Source: Alistipes sp.
GTDB lineage: Bacteria > Bacteroidota > Bacteroidia > Bacteroidales > Rikenellaceae
Assembly (NCBI GenBank): GCA_017398555.1
Contig: JAFQFV010000021.1
Span: forward strand, 50,738-114,737
Direction of reading: 5' to 3'
Length of the DNA: 64,000 bases
The notes under the pieces are model-generated. The model made no database searches. It was given only the letters and a program-made list of their open reading frames with translations, and was not told where the DNA came from. Shown here piece by piece: positions 1-9,972 of the stretch (positions are counted from its first letter, which is position 1; each line of letters begins with the position of its first letter). The position numbers and the translations under genes were made by a program.

Positions 1-3000
1 CTTGCCGGTCTCCGGATTATAGTCGTGCTTTGGCATATAAACCTGGTCATTAAAGCCATTTACAGCCAGCAGATCGACAACCTTTGCATTGTCGCCATAG
101 TGAGCCGCAATCTTATGAATTGACTGCTGCACACCAACGCCTGTATAGTCACCAACGATACATACAATCTTTGTATCTGCTCTGCGCTCAAGAATAAGCT
201 CGATGAGCTTGATATATGCCTCGCAGAAGGTTGTATCGTTCAGAGCCTCAATCTCAGCGCGAGTTGTAGTTGCATCGGCTGCATCAAAATATGGCTTAAG
301 ATCTGCATCACTTGGGCCCTCTGTTGCCTTGAGTTCAACAGTGCCATAGAGTGGTGCGTGGTTCTTACTCCAGTCATTTGTTCCGCCGTGGATAATAACG
401 ATATCAGCCTCACCAACACCCTGCTGGTCAATAAAGCGCTTAGCATAGTAAGTCTCTGCCTGTGATGAAGAGTTTGCCACACAAGTACCTGAGTATGAGA
501 TATTACGCTCAATAGTAGCATCAAGCATCAGGTCATTTGCCAAAATCCACCAGTAGGTCTGTGACATAGAGGTCAAATCGCCATCTGCAGTTGGATAGTG
601 GCAGCCATAGCCATTAGGTACAATACCTCTGAAAGTAGAGATACTATCGCCAATAACGCTAATGCGCTTCTGTGTTGATGGAGTTGCGAGGTTTGTTGCC
701 ATACCCTCAATTACAGGGTAACCATCAGCATCCTTAACCCAGCTCTTAAGTGGGTATGTACAACTACCGCTATATGCTGCAACAGCGGCATTCATATTAG
801 CCAACAGCTCGTCTGTTGTAGTGATAGCAGCGATATGCTCGCCCTGTACCGGCTTATTATTTGCTGCATTTGGATTAAAGCTACGTGCCGACTCATCATA
901 GTAAGCGTAATCTACACTTGCGTGATAGATTCTTGAGCCGATACCTGCTGCGAGTGTAGATGGTGTAGAGTGTGTGTCGTAGCTGATGCCGTCAGTATGG
1001 AAGCCGCTCCACTTGATAGTCGAATATACGCCGTGGATTGTCGCTGCCACCGGACTACCGTTCTGGAAACCGATAATACCTGCCATAGCGTTATTCTTAG
1101 AGGCATAACCGTCAGCAGTGCTAGGTGTATGAATCTCCTCAACACGAGATGCACAGTTAAGAATATTAAGTGTACCTGCTGTCACCTGCGCCCAACCTGC
1201 AATACCTGCCACAAGGGTATAACCATTGTTTCCGTTATTACCACGAGCCTCAAGGCGATGACCTGCATAAACAGAGTTGATAATATTAAACATGCAAGCT
1301 GCATCATTTACCTTCAGATAACCCGCAATACCTCCAACAGAGTGCTGGCCTACTATATTTCCGTATGCAATACAGTTGTTAATAGTAGTCTCAACCTTTA
1401 CAGTAGCAGAGCCAACAATACCACCTACAGAGTACTGTGAGCAAGTAACATTTCCGTAAGACTTACAATCAATAATATTAGCAGTACCATAGCTTGAGAT
1501 TGTACCGACGATACCACCAGCACAAGTTACATAGCTATGAACATCGCCATAAGATACGCAGTTGATTACATTACAAGCGCGATCAGCAGTACTATTACCC
1601 TGATAGCCGACAATACCACCGACGTTATCCTCACCCGGGATAAATGCGTAGTTGATACAGTCAATAACGTGCGCTGTGCCGTTAGTACCCTCTGCATTGA
1701 GAGTCTCAAATGGCTGCAAAGCACCTACAATACCACCTGTATGGTCACCACGAGAAGAGATACAAGCCGACTGAGAGATAAGACAGTTCTTTGCATATCC
1801 GGATGTCAAGTGAGCTGTAATACCACCTGTATAGTTATCTACATAGTTAGATACGCAACCATCAACAACGCAGTTGTCAAATGTTGAAACAAATCTTGCA
1901 CGACCAGCGATACCACCGCAGAAGTGGCTACCAGCATCAACAGTTGCATCCTTTGCAAGTGTACACTTGTTGAACTTTGTACCAGCTGCGTATGCCACAA
2001 TACCACCACAAAGCTGTGAAGTTGATTTTGCAGCGCCGCTAAATGTTACGCCATCCATTATACAGCCGTTCACATATCCTGCCACACCACCGACATAACT
2101 ACCTACATAGTTCTTACTATCTGCAGGCTCAATAAACGCAAGTGTAGCAGTACCCTCAACAGCAGCATCGACATTGATTGTCTCAAATGTAGTATTGAAT
2201 GCAACACCAACGAGCGCACCAACGTGGATGTGCGAAGAGGTAATCTGGCTATCCTTAATAGTGATATTCTTCAGAGTTGCACCCTCTGTGTAGCCAAACA
2301 GACCACACGCTGCAGCTGCAGTGTTGTCAATAGCAAGGCCTGAGATAGTGTAGTTACCACCGTCATAAACACCCTTAAATGGCTGAGTTGTGATGTTCAG
2401 CACTGGTGTTGTTGCAGTGTAATCGGTATTGTCTACATAGCTACCAATTGGAGCGATAGCAACACCTGTCATATCGATATTTGCCACCTGACGGTAGTGC
2501 TTGTCTGCATAAGCTGCATCGCTAGCACGAGTAGAGAGCAACTGCAAATCAGCCGCTGTGCTAATTAGATATGGATTTGCAGCCGAGCCGTCACCTCCAC
2601 CCCACTCGCCAGCAATCTCGCGACGAGAAGCGGCATTGTTCAGATCGATATAGAGGTCATAGTAGGTATTACGAACAACCTGCTTATTATAAGTATAGGT
2701 ATAGATAGCCTTGTCGGTTGTCACCTCAACTGTTCCCTGATAGCTACCCGGAGCGAGCACCATATAGAGCGCCTGTGCCTCAGCCTTAGATGTGCCAACA
2801 GCATACGGAGCAGCCAAAGTAGTAATTACACTCGCTGCATCGCCACCAGTAAGGGTCAGCTCTGTATCTGCACCACCCTTTGTAAGGTCCGCAGTAAACT
2901 CACCCGCAACAACACCTGAGGTGTTATAGCAAACAGAGAGCACCTTCTCACCCGCATAAGAGCCTGAAGCATAGACCTTAGCCTGCAGCAATGACGCCAT

Positions 3001-3489
3001 TGGGCGCATAGTTACAGAAGCTGTCAGCTCACTACCCAAAGCTACAGGATAGCCAATCATCGGCATATTGTTCACATTGAAAACAGCGGCCTCGGTCTGG
3101 CTCTGTGCCTGCGGAATAGTCAGCGACACATCCGAGATGCTCTTGGCATCATTTGTACCACTATGTGGGAAATAGACAAACATCTTATCGCCCGCCACAA
3201 AGTCCTTTGTGGTAGTCGAACAGAAACCTCGACCATCCTGCAGAGCCACAACAGCCTCAGCATTTACAGTTGGCAGCGTAGAGGCGATATAGACGCCCAA
3301 AGACTCCTCGCCATTGCCCTGCCAAGCATACAAACCATCATTAAAGAGGATACGGGTATCCTCGTCCAAATCAACATAGAAACTCAACTGCTTGGATGCA
3401 ATACTATTCTCCTCAATAGCCACATTCTGGCAAGAGTTCAAACCCAAAACTGCAGCAATAGCCGCAATAATAATAGACAATCTCTTCAT
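1..3489 (-). CDS. Large surface lipoprotein (>1163 aa, runs off the left edge): fimbrillin/Mfa-like N-terminal module, GLUG-like Gly-rich repeats, C-terminal SGNH/GDSL hydrolase
   Basis: Not in the ORF track; translated by hand from ATG 3489: MKRLSIIIAAIAAVLGLNSC (lipobox)...DEDTRISF...WGGGDGSAANPYLIST...repeated GGIVG/GGIAG...KRISVIGDSISTF (block I)...IIHGGTND (block III)...PKHDYNPETGK, still open at base 1. Confidence 0.85.
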   Translation of the reverse strand, partial: MKRLSIIIAAIAAVLGLNSCQNVAIEENSIASKQLSFYVDLDEDTRILFNDGLYAWQGNGEESLGVYIASTLPTVNAEAVVALQDGRGFCSTTTKDFVAGDKMFVYFPHSGTNDAKSISDVSLTIPQAQSQTEAAVFNVNNMPMIGYPVALGSELTASVTMRPMASLLQAKVYASGSYAGEKVLSVCYNTSGVVAGEFTADLTKGGADTELTLTGGDAASVITTLAAPYAVGTSKAEAQALYMVLAPGSYQGTVEVTTDKAIYTYTYNKQVVRNTYYDLYIDLNNAASRREIAGEWGGGDGSAANPYLISTAADLQLLSTRASDAAYADKHYRQVANIDMTGVAIAPIGSYVDNTDYTATTPVLNITTQPFKGVYDGGNYTISGLAIDNTAAAACGLFGYTEGATLKNITIKDSQITSSHIHVGALVGVAFNTTFETINVDAAVEGTATLAFIEPADSKNYVGSYVGGVAGYVNGCIMDGVTFSGAAKSTSQLCGGIVAYAAGTKFNKCTLAKDATVDAGSHFCGGIAGRARFVSTFDNCVVDGCVSNYVDNYTGGITAHLTSGYAKNCLISQSACISSRGDHTGGIVGALQPFETLNAEGTNGTAHVIDCINYAFIPGEDNVGGIVGYQGNSTADRACNVINCVSYGDVHSYVTCAGGIVGTISSYGTANIIDCKSYGNVTCSQYSVGGIVGSATVKVETTINNCIAYGNIVGQHSVGGIAGYLKVNDAACMFNIINSVYAGHRLEARGNNGNNGYTLVAGIAGWAQVTAGTLNILNCASRVEEIHTPSTADGYASKNNAMAGIIGFQNGSPVAATIHGVYSTIKWSGFHTDGISYDTHSTPSTLAAGIGSRIYHASVDYAYYDESARSFNPNAANNKPVQGEHIAAITTTDELLANMNAAVAAYSGSCTYPLKSWVKDADGYPVIEGMATNLATPSTQKRISVIGDSISTFRGIVPNGYGCHYPTADGDLTSMSQTYWWILANDLMLDATIERNISYSGTCVANSSSQAETYYAKRFIDQQGVGEADIVIIHGGTNDWSKNHAPLYGTVELKATEGPSDADLKPYFDAADATTTRAEIEALNDTTFCEAYIKLIELILERRADTKIVCIVGDYTGVGVQQSIHKIAAHYGDNAKVVDLLAVNGFNDQVYMPKHDYNPETGK

Positions 3490-3501
3490 AGCTGTAAAAT
3501 T

Positions 3502-3633
3502 TTAGAGATTATCCTCGCCGCCGAACTCCGGCTGCTCGAAACTATCAGACATTTCAAAACCGCGCTCTATCATCACAGCGCATTGACTAACTTCAGGAGC
3601 TACATAAGCCCCTCTCTTCACAATGGTTTTCAT
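3502..3633 (-). CDS. 43-aa small protein MKTIVKRGAYVAPEVSQCAVMIERGFEMSDSFEQPEFGGEDNL
   Basis: ATG 3633 to TAA 3502; lies between a TAnnTTTG promoter box (3659-3666) and the lipoprotein start 12 nt downstream; YxAP...ExGF..S pattern resembles small proteins often seen before Bacteroidales fimbrillin genes. Confidence 0.65.
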   Translation of the reverse strand: MKTIVKRGAYVAPEVSQCAVMIERGFEMSDSFEQPEFGGEDNL

Positions 3634-3658
3634 AGAATAGGTTATTGGTTTATTTGCT

Positions 3659-3666
3659 CAAAGTTA
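3659..3666 (-). promoter_or_regulatory. Bacteroidetes sigma-A -7 element (TAACTTTG)
   Basis: Matches TAnnTTTG upstream of the small ORF and lipoprotein. Confidence 0.55.
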
Positions 3667-3777
3667 CGATTTTTACTGAATATTTGCAATTTTTCTGCAC
3701 AAAAATTCAATTATCACCCTTTATATATGTATAAAACTTGCACTCCCTACTTCATTGCGCTCATTTGTTGTTAGAAC

Positions 3778-3860
3778 ACTGCGATTAAGCTGAAAGAAGA
3801 GTCAAACTTGTTTGAACTATGCCGAAGCGGAGCAGTAAAGAGCCACCGAATGTGGGTCAA
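3778..3860. repeat. Structured repeat family B, copy 1 (core TCAAACTTGTTTGA)
   Basis: Shares GCGATTAAG...TCAAACTTGTTTGAA...GCAG...CCGAA with 35042-35125. Confidence 0.7.
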
Positions 3861-3928
3861 TGGGGTAGGCACAACGCTCGGCACAAAAAAATAGCAAAGG
3901 AGTGTATCTACCAAATAAGTATAGTATT

Positions 3929-4056
3929 GTTTTGTTGTCAGAATGTGTTAGGTATGGTACATCGTGAAAAAAATCAGCGACGGATAGTACTAAAACGTAC
4001 AGCCGTCGCTGATTTTTAAGGGATGTGCCATAGATGGCACATTATCACAACAAAAC
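3929..4056 (+). repeat. Family A ~125-bp structured element, copy A1
   Basis: Arms GTTTTGTTGT/ACAACAAAAC; inner stem AAAAATCAGCGACGG/CCGTCGCTGATTTTT; 3' hairpin GTGCCA-TAGA-TGGCAC; ends at the secDF stop codon. Confidence 0.85.
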
Positions 4057-6995
4057 TACTTCTTGTCCTTCGCTGGCAACATATCGTATGCCAACGGAGT
4101 TGCAATAAAGAGTGATGAGTATGTACCAACGATAACACCTACGAGCAATGCGAATACAAAACCACGAATGGTTGCACCACCAAAGATGAAGATTGCGAGC
4201 AGGGTTACCAGAGTTGTACCTGAAGTATTGATGGTACGTGCCAAAGTTGAGCAGAGTGCGTTGTTGATATTCTCGCGAACGTTGCGCTTTGGATAGAGTA
4301 CGTTATACTCACGGATACGGTCGAAGATAACCACTGTATCGTTGATAGAGTAACCGATAATTGTCAGGATTGCTGCGATGAATGCCTGGTCAATCTCAAG
4401 GTTGAATGGCATAAATGCATAGCAGAGCGAGAACATACCGATTACGATAAATGCATCGTGTATCAGCGCGAGAGTTGCACCTGTAGCCCACTGCCACTTC
4501 TTGAATCGCAGAGTGATATAAAGACCGATAGCAATCAGAGAGAAGATTACTGCGAAGAATGCACCGGTAGTCATATCCTTTGCAATTGCAGGACCGATCT
4601 TATCTGCAGAGATAATACCGTTTACATCATCCTGAGTATTCTTAAAGCCATCGAGTGTAATATCATAGCCATAGAGTGACTTGAGAGCGTTGTAGATAAG
4701 CTTCTCAACCTCCTCAGTAGTAGCCTCTGAAGTATCATCGTGCTTGTACTGAGTAACGATACGCATCTGGTTCTTCTCACCATACTGCTTAACCTCAAAT
4801 GAAGCGTTTGCAGCATCCTCAGCATCAGCAAATGCCTCAGTGAGCTGTGCACGAACCTGCTCAGCAGTTACATCCTGGTCGAAGCGTACAACGAATGTAC
4901 GACCACCTGTAAACTCAACGCCGAGGTTCAGACCCTGAATGAAGAGTGAAACTACAGATACCAGAATGATAACGCCAGAGATGACGTATGACATCTTACG
5001 CTTACCGATGAAGTCAAACTTGAAGTCGGTGAGCCAATTCTCAGACCAGCTACGAGAGAATGATACAGAGCCCTTCTTAGCAACAATCCAACCCAAAAGC
5101 ATACGGGTAATGAAGATTGAGCAGAAGAGTGATGTGATAATACCGATAATCAGTGTAGTAGCGAAGCCCTGTACCGGACCATTACCGAATACGTAGAGAA
5201 CAATACCGGTGATGATGGTAGTAAGGTTACCGTCGATAATTGCTGAATATGCGTTAGAGAAACCATCCTTAATAGCGGCAGAGATACCCTTACCACCACG
5301 AAGCTCCTCCTTAATACGCTCGAAGATAATAACGTTCGAGTCAACCGCCATACCCATAGTAAGCACGATACCCGCGATACCTGGGAGTGTCAATACGGCA
5401 CCGAATGATACCAGAACACCCATGAGCAGGAATACGTTAGTTACCAGAGCAACAGCTGCCATCCAACCTGCAGTCTTATAGAACAGACCCATGTAGAGCA
5501 GAACGAGGATGAAGGCGATAACGAACGACATCAAACCTGAGTTGATAGACTCCTGACCGAGTGATGGACCTACTACAGTATCCTGAATGATGCGTGCAGG
5601 TGCAGGAACCTTACCAGACTTAAGAACGTTTGCAAGGTCCTGAGCCTCCTGAATAGTGAAGTTACCGGTAATTGAAGAGTTACCACCCTCAATCTTGTTA
5701 CGAACTACAGGAGCTGAATATACATAACCATCGAGAACGATAGCGATGCACTTGCCGATATTGTCAGCAGTAAGCTGAGCCCACTCAGTGATACCGTTTG
5801 AGTTCATAGCCATAGATACCTCAGCATCTGCACCGGTCTGTGAGTATGTTGCACGAGCGTCAGAGATAACACTGCCATCGAGTGGAGCCTTACCATCAGC
5901 GCGCTCAACCTTGATAGCGTAGAGGCACATACGGTTGTCAAACATAGGCTCACCCTTGATACCCCACTTGAAATCTACGTCTGCAGGGAAGCAGTCACGA
6001 ACCTCAGGAAGAGCGAGGTACTTGTTGATTGTAGCAACGTCAGCTGCAACAGCTGCACCGAGAACTGCGCCACCAGCGTAGTCAGGGCTAAGAAGTGCCA
6101 AAAGTGGATTCTGCTCACGAGAGAAACGGTTTACATTCTCCTCAGCACCCTGAGCAACCTCAGCTGCCAAAGTGTCCTCAGCTGCCTGCTCTGCAGTCTG
6201 CTCACCCTGAAGTGACTTAACTACAGCATCTGCACGAAGAAGTGACTGGAGAAGCTCCTGACCGTTGTAAGTTGTCCAGAACTCGAGTGATGCAGTACCC
6301 TGGAGGAGCTTACGAACACGCTCAGGCTCCTTAACACCCGGAAGCTCAACCAAGATACGGTTTGAGTTTGGAAGGCGCTGGATATTTGGCTGCATTACAC
6401 CGAAGTGGTCGATACGGCTACGGATGATGTTGAAAGATGCAGAGATAGCATCCTCAGTCTCCTGACGAAGAATCTTAACAACCTCATCGTCAGACATACC
6501 CGGAGTGATATCCTTACGATCCGGGCTAAGGAAGATATCTACCAACTTGCCACCATTGCTTGACTCTGCATAAGCCTTAGCAAAAGTACCGATGTAATCA
6601 CCTGTACCCTCCTTAAGTGCCTGAGCAGCAGACTCGATAGCTGCAATAAATGCAGGATCGTTCTTGCTATCACCGGCAAGTGACTTTACTACATCCTCCA
6701 CCTGAATCTCGAGCATAACGTTCATACCGCCCTTCAGGTCAAGACCCAAGTTAATCTCCTTCTCCTTGCACTGCTTGTAAGTGAACTGTGCAAGACCAAT
6801 GTTGTAAACCACCTTGTTCTGAATAGAATCGAGGTAGTACTGCTCCATTGCAACCTGCTCCTCTGCAGGGAATGCAGCTGCATACTCAACAGCATCCTTC
6901 TCTACGCTACGAGTCTTGAGCGAGAAGGTGAGCTGATAAACGCACGCAATTGCAAGCAGGATTGCAACCAATTTGATAAAACCTTTACTTTGCAT
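4056..6995 (-). CDS. secDF: Protein translocase subunit SecDF (fused)
   Basis: LGLDLKGG, GLNLGVEFTGG, GYSINDTVVIFDRIRE motifs; 979 aa. Confidence 0.97.
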   Translation of the reverse strand: MQSKGFIKLVAILLAIACVYQLTFSLKTRSVEKDAVEYAAAFPAEEQVAMEQYYLDSIQNKVVYNIGLAQFTYKQCKEKEINLGLDLKGGMNVMLEIQVEDVVKSLAGDSKNDPAFIAAIESAAQALKEGTGDYIGTFAKAYAESSNGGKLVDIFLSPDRKDITPGMSDDEVVKILRQETEDAISASFNIIRSRIDHFGVMQPNIQRLPNSNRILVELPGVKEPERVRKLLQGTASLEFWTTYNGQELLQSLLRADAVVKSLQGEQTAEQAAEDTLAAEVAQGAEENVNRFSREQNPLLALLSPDYAGGAVLGAAVAADVATINKYLALPEVRDCFPADVDFKWGIKGEPMFDNRMCLYAIKVERADGKAPLDGSVISDARATYSQTGADAEVSMAMNSNGITEWAQLTADNIGKCIAIVLDGYVYSAPVVRNKIEGGNSSITGNFTIQEAQDLANVLKSGKVPAPARIIQDTVVGPSLGQESINSGLMSFVIAFILVLLYMGLFYKTAGWMAAVALVTNVFLLMGVLVSFGAVLTLPGIAGIVLTMGMAVDSNVIIFERIKEELRGGKGISAAIKDGFSNAYSAIIDGNLTTIITGIVLYVFGNGPVQGFATTLIIGIITSLFCSIFITRMLLGWIVAKKGSVSFSRSWSENWLTDFKFDFIGKRKMSYVISGVIILVSVVSLFIQGLNLGVEFTGGRTFVVRFDQDVTAEQVRAQLTEAFADAEDAANASFEVKQYGEKNQMRIVTQYKHDDTSEATTEEVEKLIYNALKSLYGYDITLDGFKNTQDDVNGIISADKIGPAIAKDMTTGAFFAVIFSLIAIGLYITLRFKKWQWATGATLALIHDAFIVIGMFSLCYAFMPFNLEIDQAFIAAILTIIGYSINDTVVIFDRIREYNVLYPKRNVRENINNALCSTLARTINTSGTTLVTLLAIFIFGGATIRGFVFALLVGVIVGTYSSLFIATPLAYDMLPAKDKK

Positions 6996-7054
6996 TTGAG
7001 TTAAAAATTATTAAGTAATTATTGTTTTGTTTCGTTACTATACACAAAAGCACG

Positions 7055-7062
7055 CAAAGATA
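7055..7062 (-). promoter_or_regulatory. -7 promoter element for secDF (TATCTTTG)
   Basis: TAnnTTTG match ~60 nt upstream of the ATG. Confidence 0.55.
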
Positions 7063-7156
7063 ATAAAATTTTTTCAATTAGCAATCTATAACACCTTTTT
7101 TAATGCTCTTCAATGATTTTTTACACTATTGCACACCCCCCATAGGGGGTTATCTT

Positions 7157-7252
7157 TAGCTATTGACTGTTGGCTTTTTCTGGTATCCGCTGTGCGGATT
7201 TATATTTAGTCGGCTTTACCGACACCATTGAAGAGCTAAAAGCTAATGGCTA
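7157..7252 (+). repeat. Branched inverted repeat with heptamer-like arms
   Basis: TAGCTATTGACTGTTGGCTTTT pairs imperfectly with AAGAGCTAAAAGCTAATGGCTA, enclosing hairpins ATCCGC-TGT-GCGGAT and GTCGG-CTTTA-CCGAC. Confidence 0.55.
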
Positions 7253-7264
7253 CTATGAGCACTA

Positions 7265-7387
7265 TTTTATCGTCAAAAGTATGCAGATGCGACGCATCGT
7301 GAAATAGACACGGATGGGAGATACTGCTGGATTTTCCATTCGGGGATATGAGGGATGTGGGGCAGGTGCGTGCTTTTCACGATAAAA
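7265..7387 (+). repeat. Family A element, copy A2a (inner stem degenerate)
   Basis: Arms TTTTATCGTCAAAAG/CTTTTCACGATAAAA; CATCG...GGGATG. Confidence 0.75.
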
Positions 7388-7389
7388 CC

Positions 7390-7520
7390 CATTTGTCGTC
7401 AAAATGCGGTAGTAGGTGTGCATCGCAAAAGAAACCCCTTTGGGATAGTAGTAAAACCTACAGCCCGAAGGGGTTTACTTTTAGGGATGTGCAGCTAATG
7501 CCGTATTTTCACGGCAAATG
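7390..7520 (+). repeat. Family A element, copy A2b
   Basis: Arms CATTTGTCGT/ACGGCAAATG; inner stem AAACCCCTTTGGG/CCCGAAGGGGTTT; 1 nt from the gpsA stop. Confidence 0.8.
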
Positions 7521-7521
7521 A

Positions 7522-8574
7522 TTATGCGAGGTCCTCAAATGTATAAGCCTCCCACGGATGCTGAGCATCAGCACCCTTCTCGAGGATATTCTCCACGTGA
7601 ACGAGCATAGGGAAATCCTTGAGATCTACCAAGCCAAGCTCTGCCTTGCGGTAGATAGCCTTAGCAACACGACGAGCAACAACGAGTGACTCGAGGGTTA
7701 CGCCTGCGAGAATCTCCATAGCCTCATCGTAGCTCTTACCCTCGCCAAGGAGGATACCAATCTTACGTGTACGACCGCCATAAACGGTTACGTAGAGGTC
7801 TCCGATACCGATATTCTCGCAATCGAATGTTGCTTTCTGAATAGCGAGCAGGCGACGCATCTCCTTTACAGCCTGATAGAAGGCTGCTGCCTGTGAGTTA
7901 TAGTGCAGACCTGCATCCTCACCCAAGTATCTGTTTACCAGACCGATAGTAAGCGATACACCGAGTGCATAAGCATTCTTCAGAGCCACTGCGCTCTCAA
8001 GGCCGATAACGTCGTTTGTAAGTGAAATATGATAGTAAGATGTATTCAAAGTCTCACGCATCATACGGAGAACGTCAGAGTTCTTACCGCAGAATGCAAC
8101 CTCTGTCTGGTCGTGGAATACCAGCTCATAAGAGGTACAAGGGCCACCGATAGCGCAAACCTCGCGCTCGATACCCTTCTTTGCCAGCTCTGCCTGCCAA
8201 TAGTCAGGGTAGCTGATAAGAGTACCATCCTCAAGGTTGATAAGACCCTTAGTTACAGAGAGAACAGGAGTCTTAGGGTCGAGATTTGTCAAAATCTCCT
8301 CGAGGAACCAATCCACACCGAAAGATGAAACACCGCCAATAACAAAGTCGCAACCCTCAACAGCCTCTTTCCAATCCTCAATCTGATAGTACTTAACACC
8401 TGCAGGGAAATCGCGATCAAATTTAAGGTGACGATTTGTAGCCTTACATGCATCAATAATGTCACGGTCAAGTGGAGAGCCAACAAGGCGTACCTCATGA
8501 CCATTCTCTGCAGCCGGGAATGCGAGGGCTGAACCCATCATACCCGAGCCGATAATTGTTACAACTCTTTTCAT
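7522..8574 (-). CDS. gpsA: NAD(P)H-dependent glycerol-3-phosphate dehydrogenase
   Basis: N-terminal GSGMMG Rossmann motif; SVTKG, GGP, ALKNAYAL and GIGDLYVT motifs. Confidence 0.88.
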   Translation of the reverse strand: MKRVVTIIGSGMMGSALAFPAAENGHEVRLVGSPLDRDIIDACKATNRHLKFDRDFPAGVKYYQIEDWKEAVEGCDFVIGGVSSFGVDWFLEEILTNLDPKTPVLSVTKGLINLEDGTLISYPDYWQAELAKKGIEREVCAIGGPCTSYELVFHDQTEVAFCGKNSDVLRMMRETLNTSYYHISLTNDVIGLESAVALKNAYALGVSLTIGLVNRYLGEDAGLHYNSQAAAFYQAVKEMRRLLAIQKATFDCENIGIGDLYVTVYGGRTRKIGILLGEGKSYDEAMEILAGVTLESLVVARRVAKAIYRKAELGLVDLKDFPMLVHVENILEKGADAQHPWEAYTFEDLA

Positions 8575-8729
8575 TTTGTTTACTTTCTTTGTATTTATTT
8601 GTAAAAACCTTTGCTTTTATTTGCTTTTTACAGTAAAAGGAAATCTATTTATTTCCATTTCACGCCACAAAGGTAAGAAAAAAATATTAAAATTGTTACT
8701 TTTCATTGCTTTTTATACATCAAATATAC

Positions 8730-8765
8730 AAAAAAAAGAGGCTAATCCGAAAATCAGCCTCTTTT
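8730..8765 (-). terminator. Rho-independent terminator after the SGNH hydrolase gene
   Basis: AAAAGAGGCT...AGCCTCTTTT with an A-run giving a U-tail on the minus strand. Confidence 0.6.
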
Positions 8766-8780
8766 GAACGTTTTTAGCCT

Positions 8781-9887
8781 CTATTTAATACCATATTTAG
8801 CCAAAATCTCAACGATAGATGGCTGGATAGTATCTGCCCAACGCTTATAACCCCAAGAGCATGGGTGAACGCCATCTGCAGAGGTAAGGCCATCGGTACC
8901 TGTCTGATCCGGAGTATCAACGAAATAGACATCTGAATACTCAGCGCAAATCTCCTTCATCAACTTATCTACATACTCGATACGATCAGCCTCCTTCTTC
9001 TCGGCAGCAGTATCGAAGAGACGACCATCACGATAGATAGTGCGCAGGAAGATAATCGGAGCCTTCGGATTGCGCTTGCGAATCTCGTTAAGGAATGGAC
9101 GGATACGCTCGCCAATCTGCTGAATAGATGGATTAGAGAATGCATCACAGATGTAAGCATCAGCCTTTGTGCCACCCAAAATCTCACCCATAACGCGCTG
9201 CAACTTACTGTTGCCGCTCATACCGAAGCTATTGAGGTTAAGACCTGTCTGACGCATAAGGAATGCAGGGTATGTCATACCGGCACAAGTTGCACCTGAA
9301 CCGTGAGTAAATGAAGAGCCGAAGATAGCGATATTGTGACGGAACGGGTTCTTCATACTCTTGAGTTTTGCATCCTCAGGAACACCAATCTCAAGCTTTG
9401 TAAGCTCCGCAAACAGAGGCAAATAGAGGATACAACGATGTGTTGTGCCATCCATATTTCTGATAACGCGCAGCGGCTTCTCAATCTTTGAGTTACCATC
9501 CTTGTCATGGCCCTCGCCATTTACAACAGAGGCAGCCCATTTCCACTCGCCCTCGTGCTCAATAAAGAGGTTAAAACCGCAACCCGCAGTAGCCGGCATA
9601 GCGCGGTTATGGCTACGATAACCATAAGATGCCTTTACCCAAATCTCCTTTGCATCTGTCTCGAACATAATAGCCTGACCAGCACAAGTCTTAAGCAGGT
9701 TTGCCTCGGTCTTATTGAGTTCAGGATAGTCATTTACCTCAACACGGTTGTAAGGGTTTGTAGTCTTACACATCTTACCGACGTGGTTGAGTTTCTGTGC
9801 GTCTGTCCACTCAAGTTCTACTTTCTGTGCCAACGCTGTACCAAAAGAGAGGCAGAGCACAGAGATAATCAAAAGAAATCTTTTCAT
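8781..9887 (-). CDS. Secreted SGNH/GDSL hydrolase with N-terminal accessory domain
   Basis: Signal peptide; AIFGSSFTHG, GMSGN and DGVHP motifs. Confidence 0.85.
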   Translation of the reverse strand: MKRFLLIISVLCLSFGTALAQKVELEWTDAQKLNHVGKMCKTTNPYNRVEVNDYPELNKTEANLLKTCAGQAIMFETDAKEIWVKASYGYRSHNRAMPATAGCGFNLFIEHEGEWKWAASVVNGEGHDKDGNSKIEKPLRVIRNMDGTTHRCILYLPLFAELTKLEIGVPEDAKLKSMKNPFRHNIAIFGSSFTHGSGATCAGMTYPAFLMRQTGLNLNSFGMSGNSKLQRVMGEILGGTKADAYICDAFSNPSIQQIGERIRPFLNEIRKRNPKAPIIFLRTIYRDGRLFDTAAEKKEADRIEYVDKLMKEICAEYSDVYFVDTPDQTGTDGLTSADGVHPCSWGYKRWADTIQPSIVEILAKYGIK

Positions 9888-9972
9888 CGTATTAAGTTTT
9901 AAGTTTTAGATTTGATACAAACAGAGCCTCATACTTCTGCAGCATAAGGCTCTAACAAGTCGATAATCTCGA

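Noticed and set aside
240-3774. Track ORFs 240-524, 912-1154, 970-1440, 1537-1887, 1874-2098 and 3163-3774
   Set aside because: Antisense or out-of-frame shadows of the long minus-strand gene 1-3489
3819-4019. Short ORFs within repeat clusters (also 25586-25795, 34814-35032, 50018-50215, 57087-57281)
   Set aside because: They span palindromic elements and have no recognisable protein features
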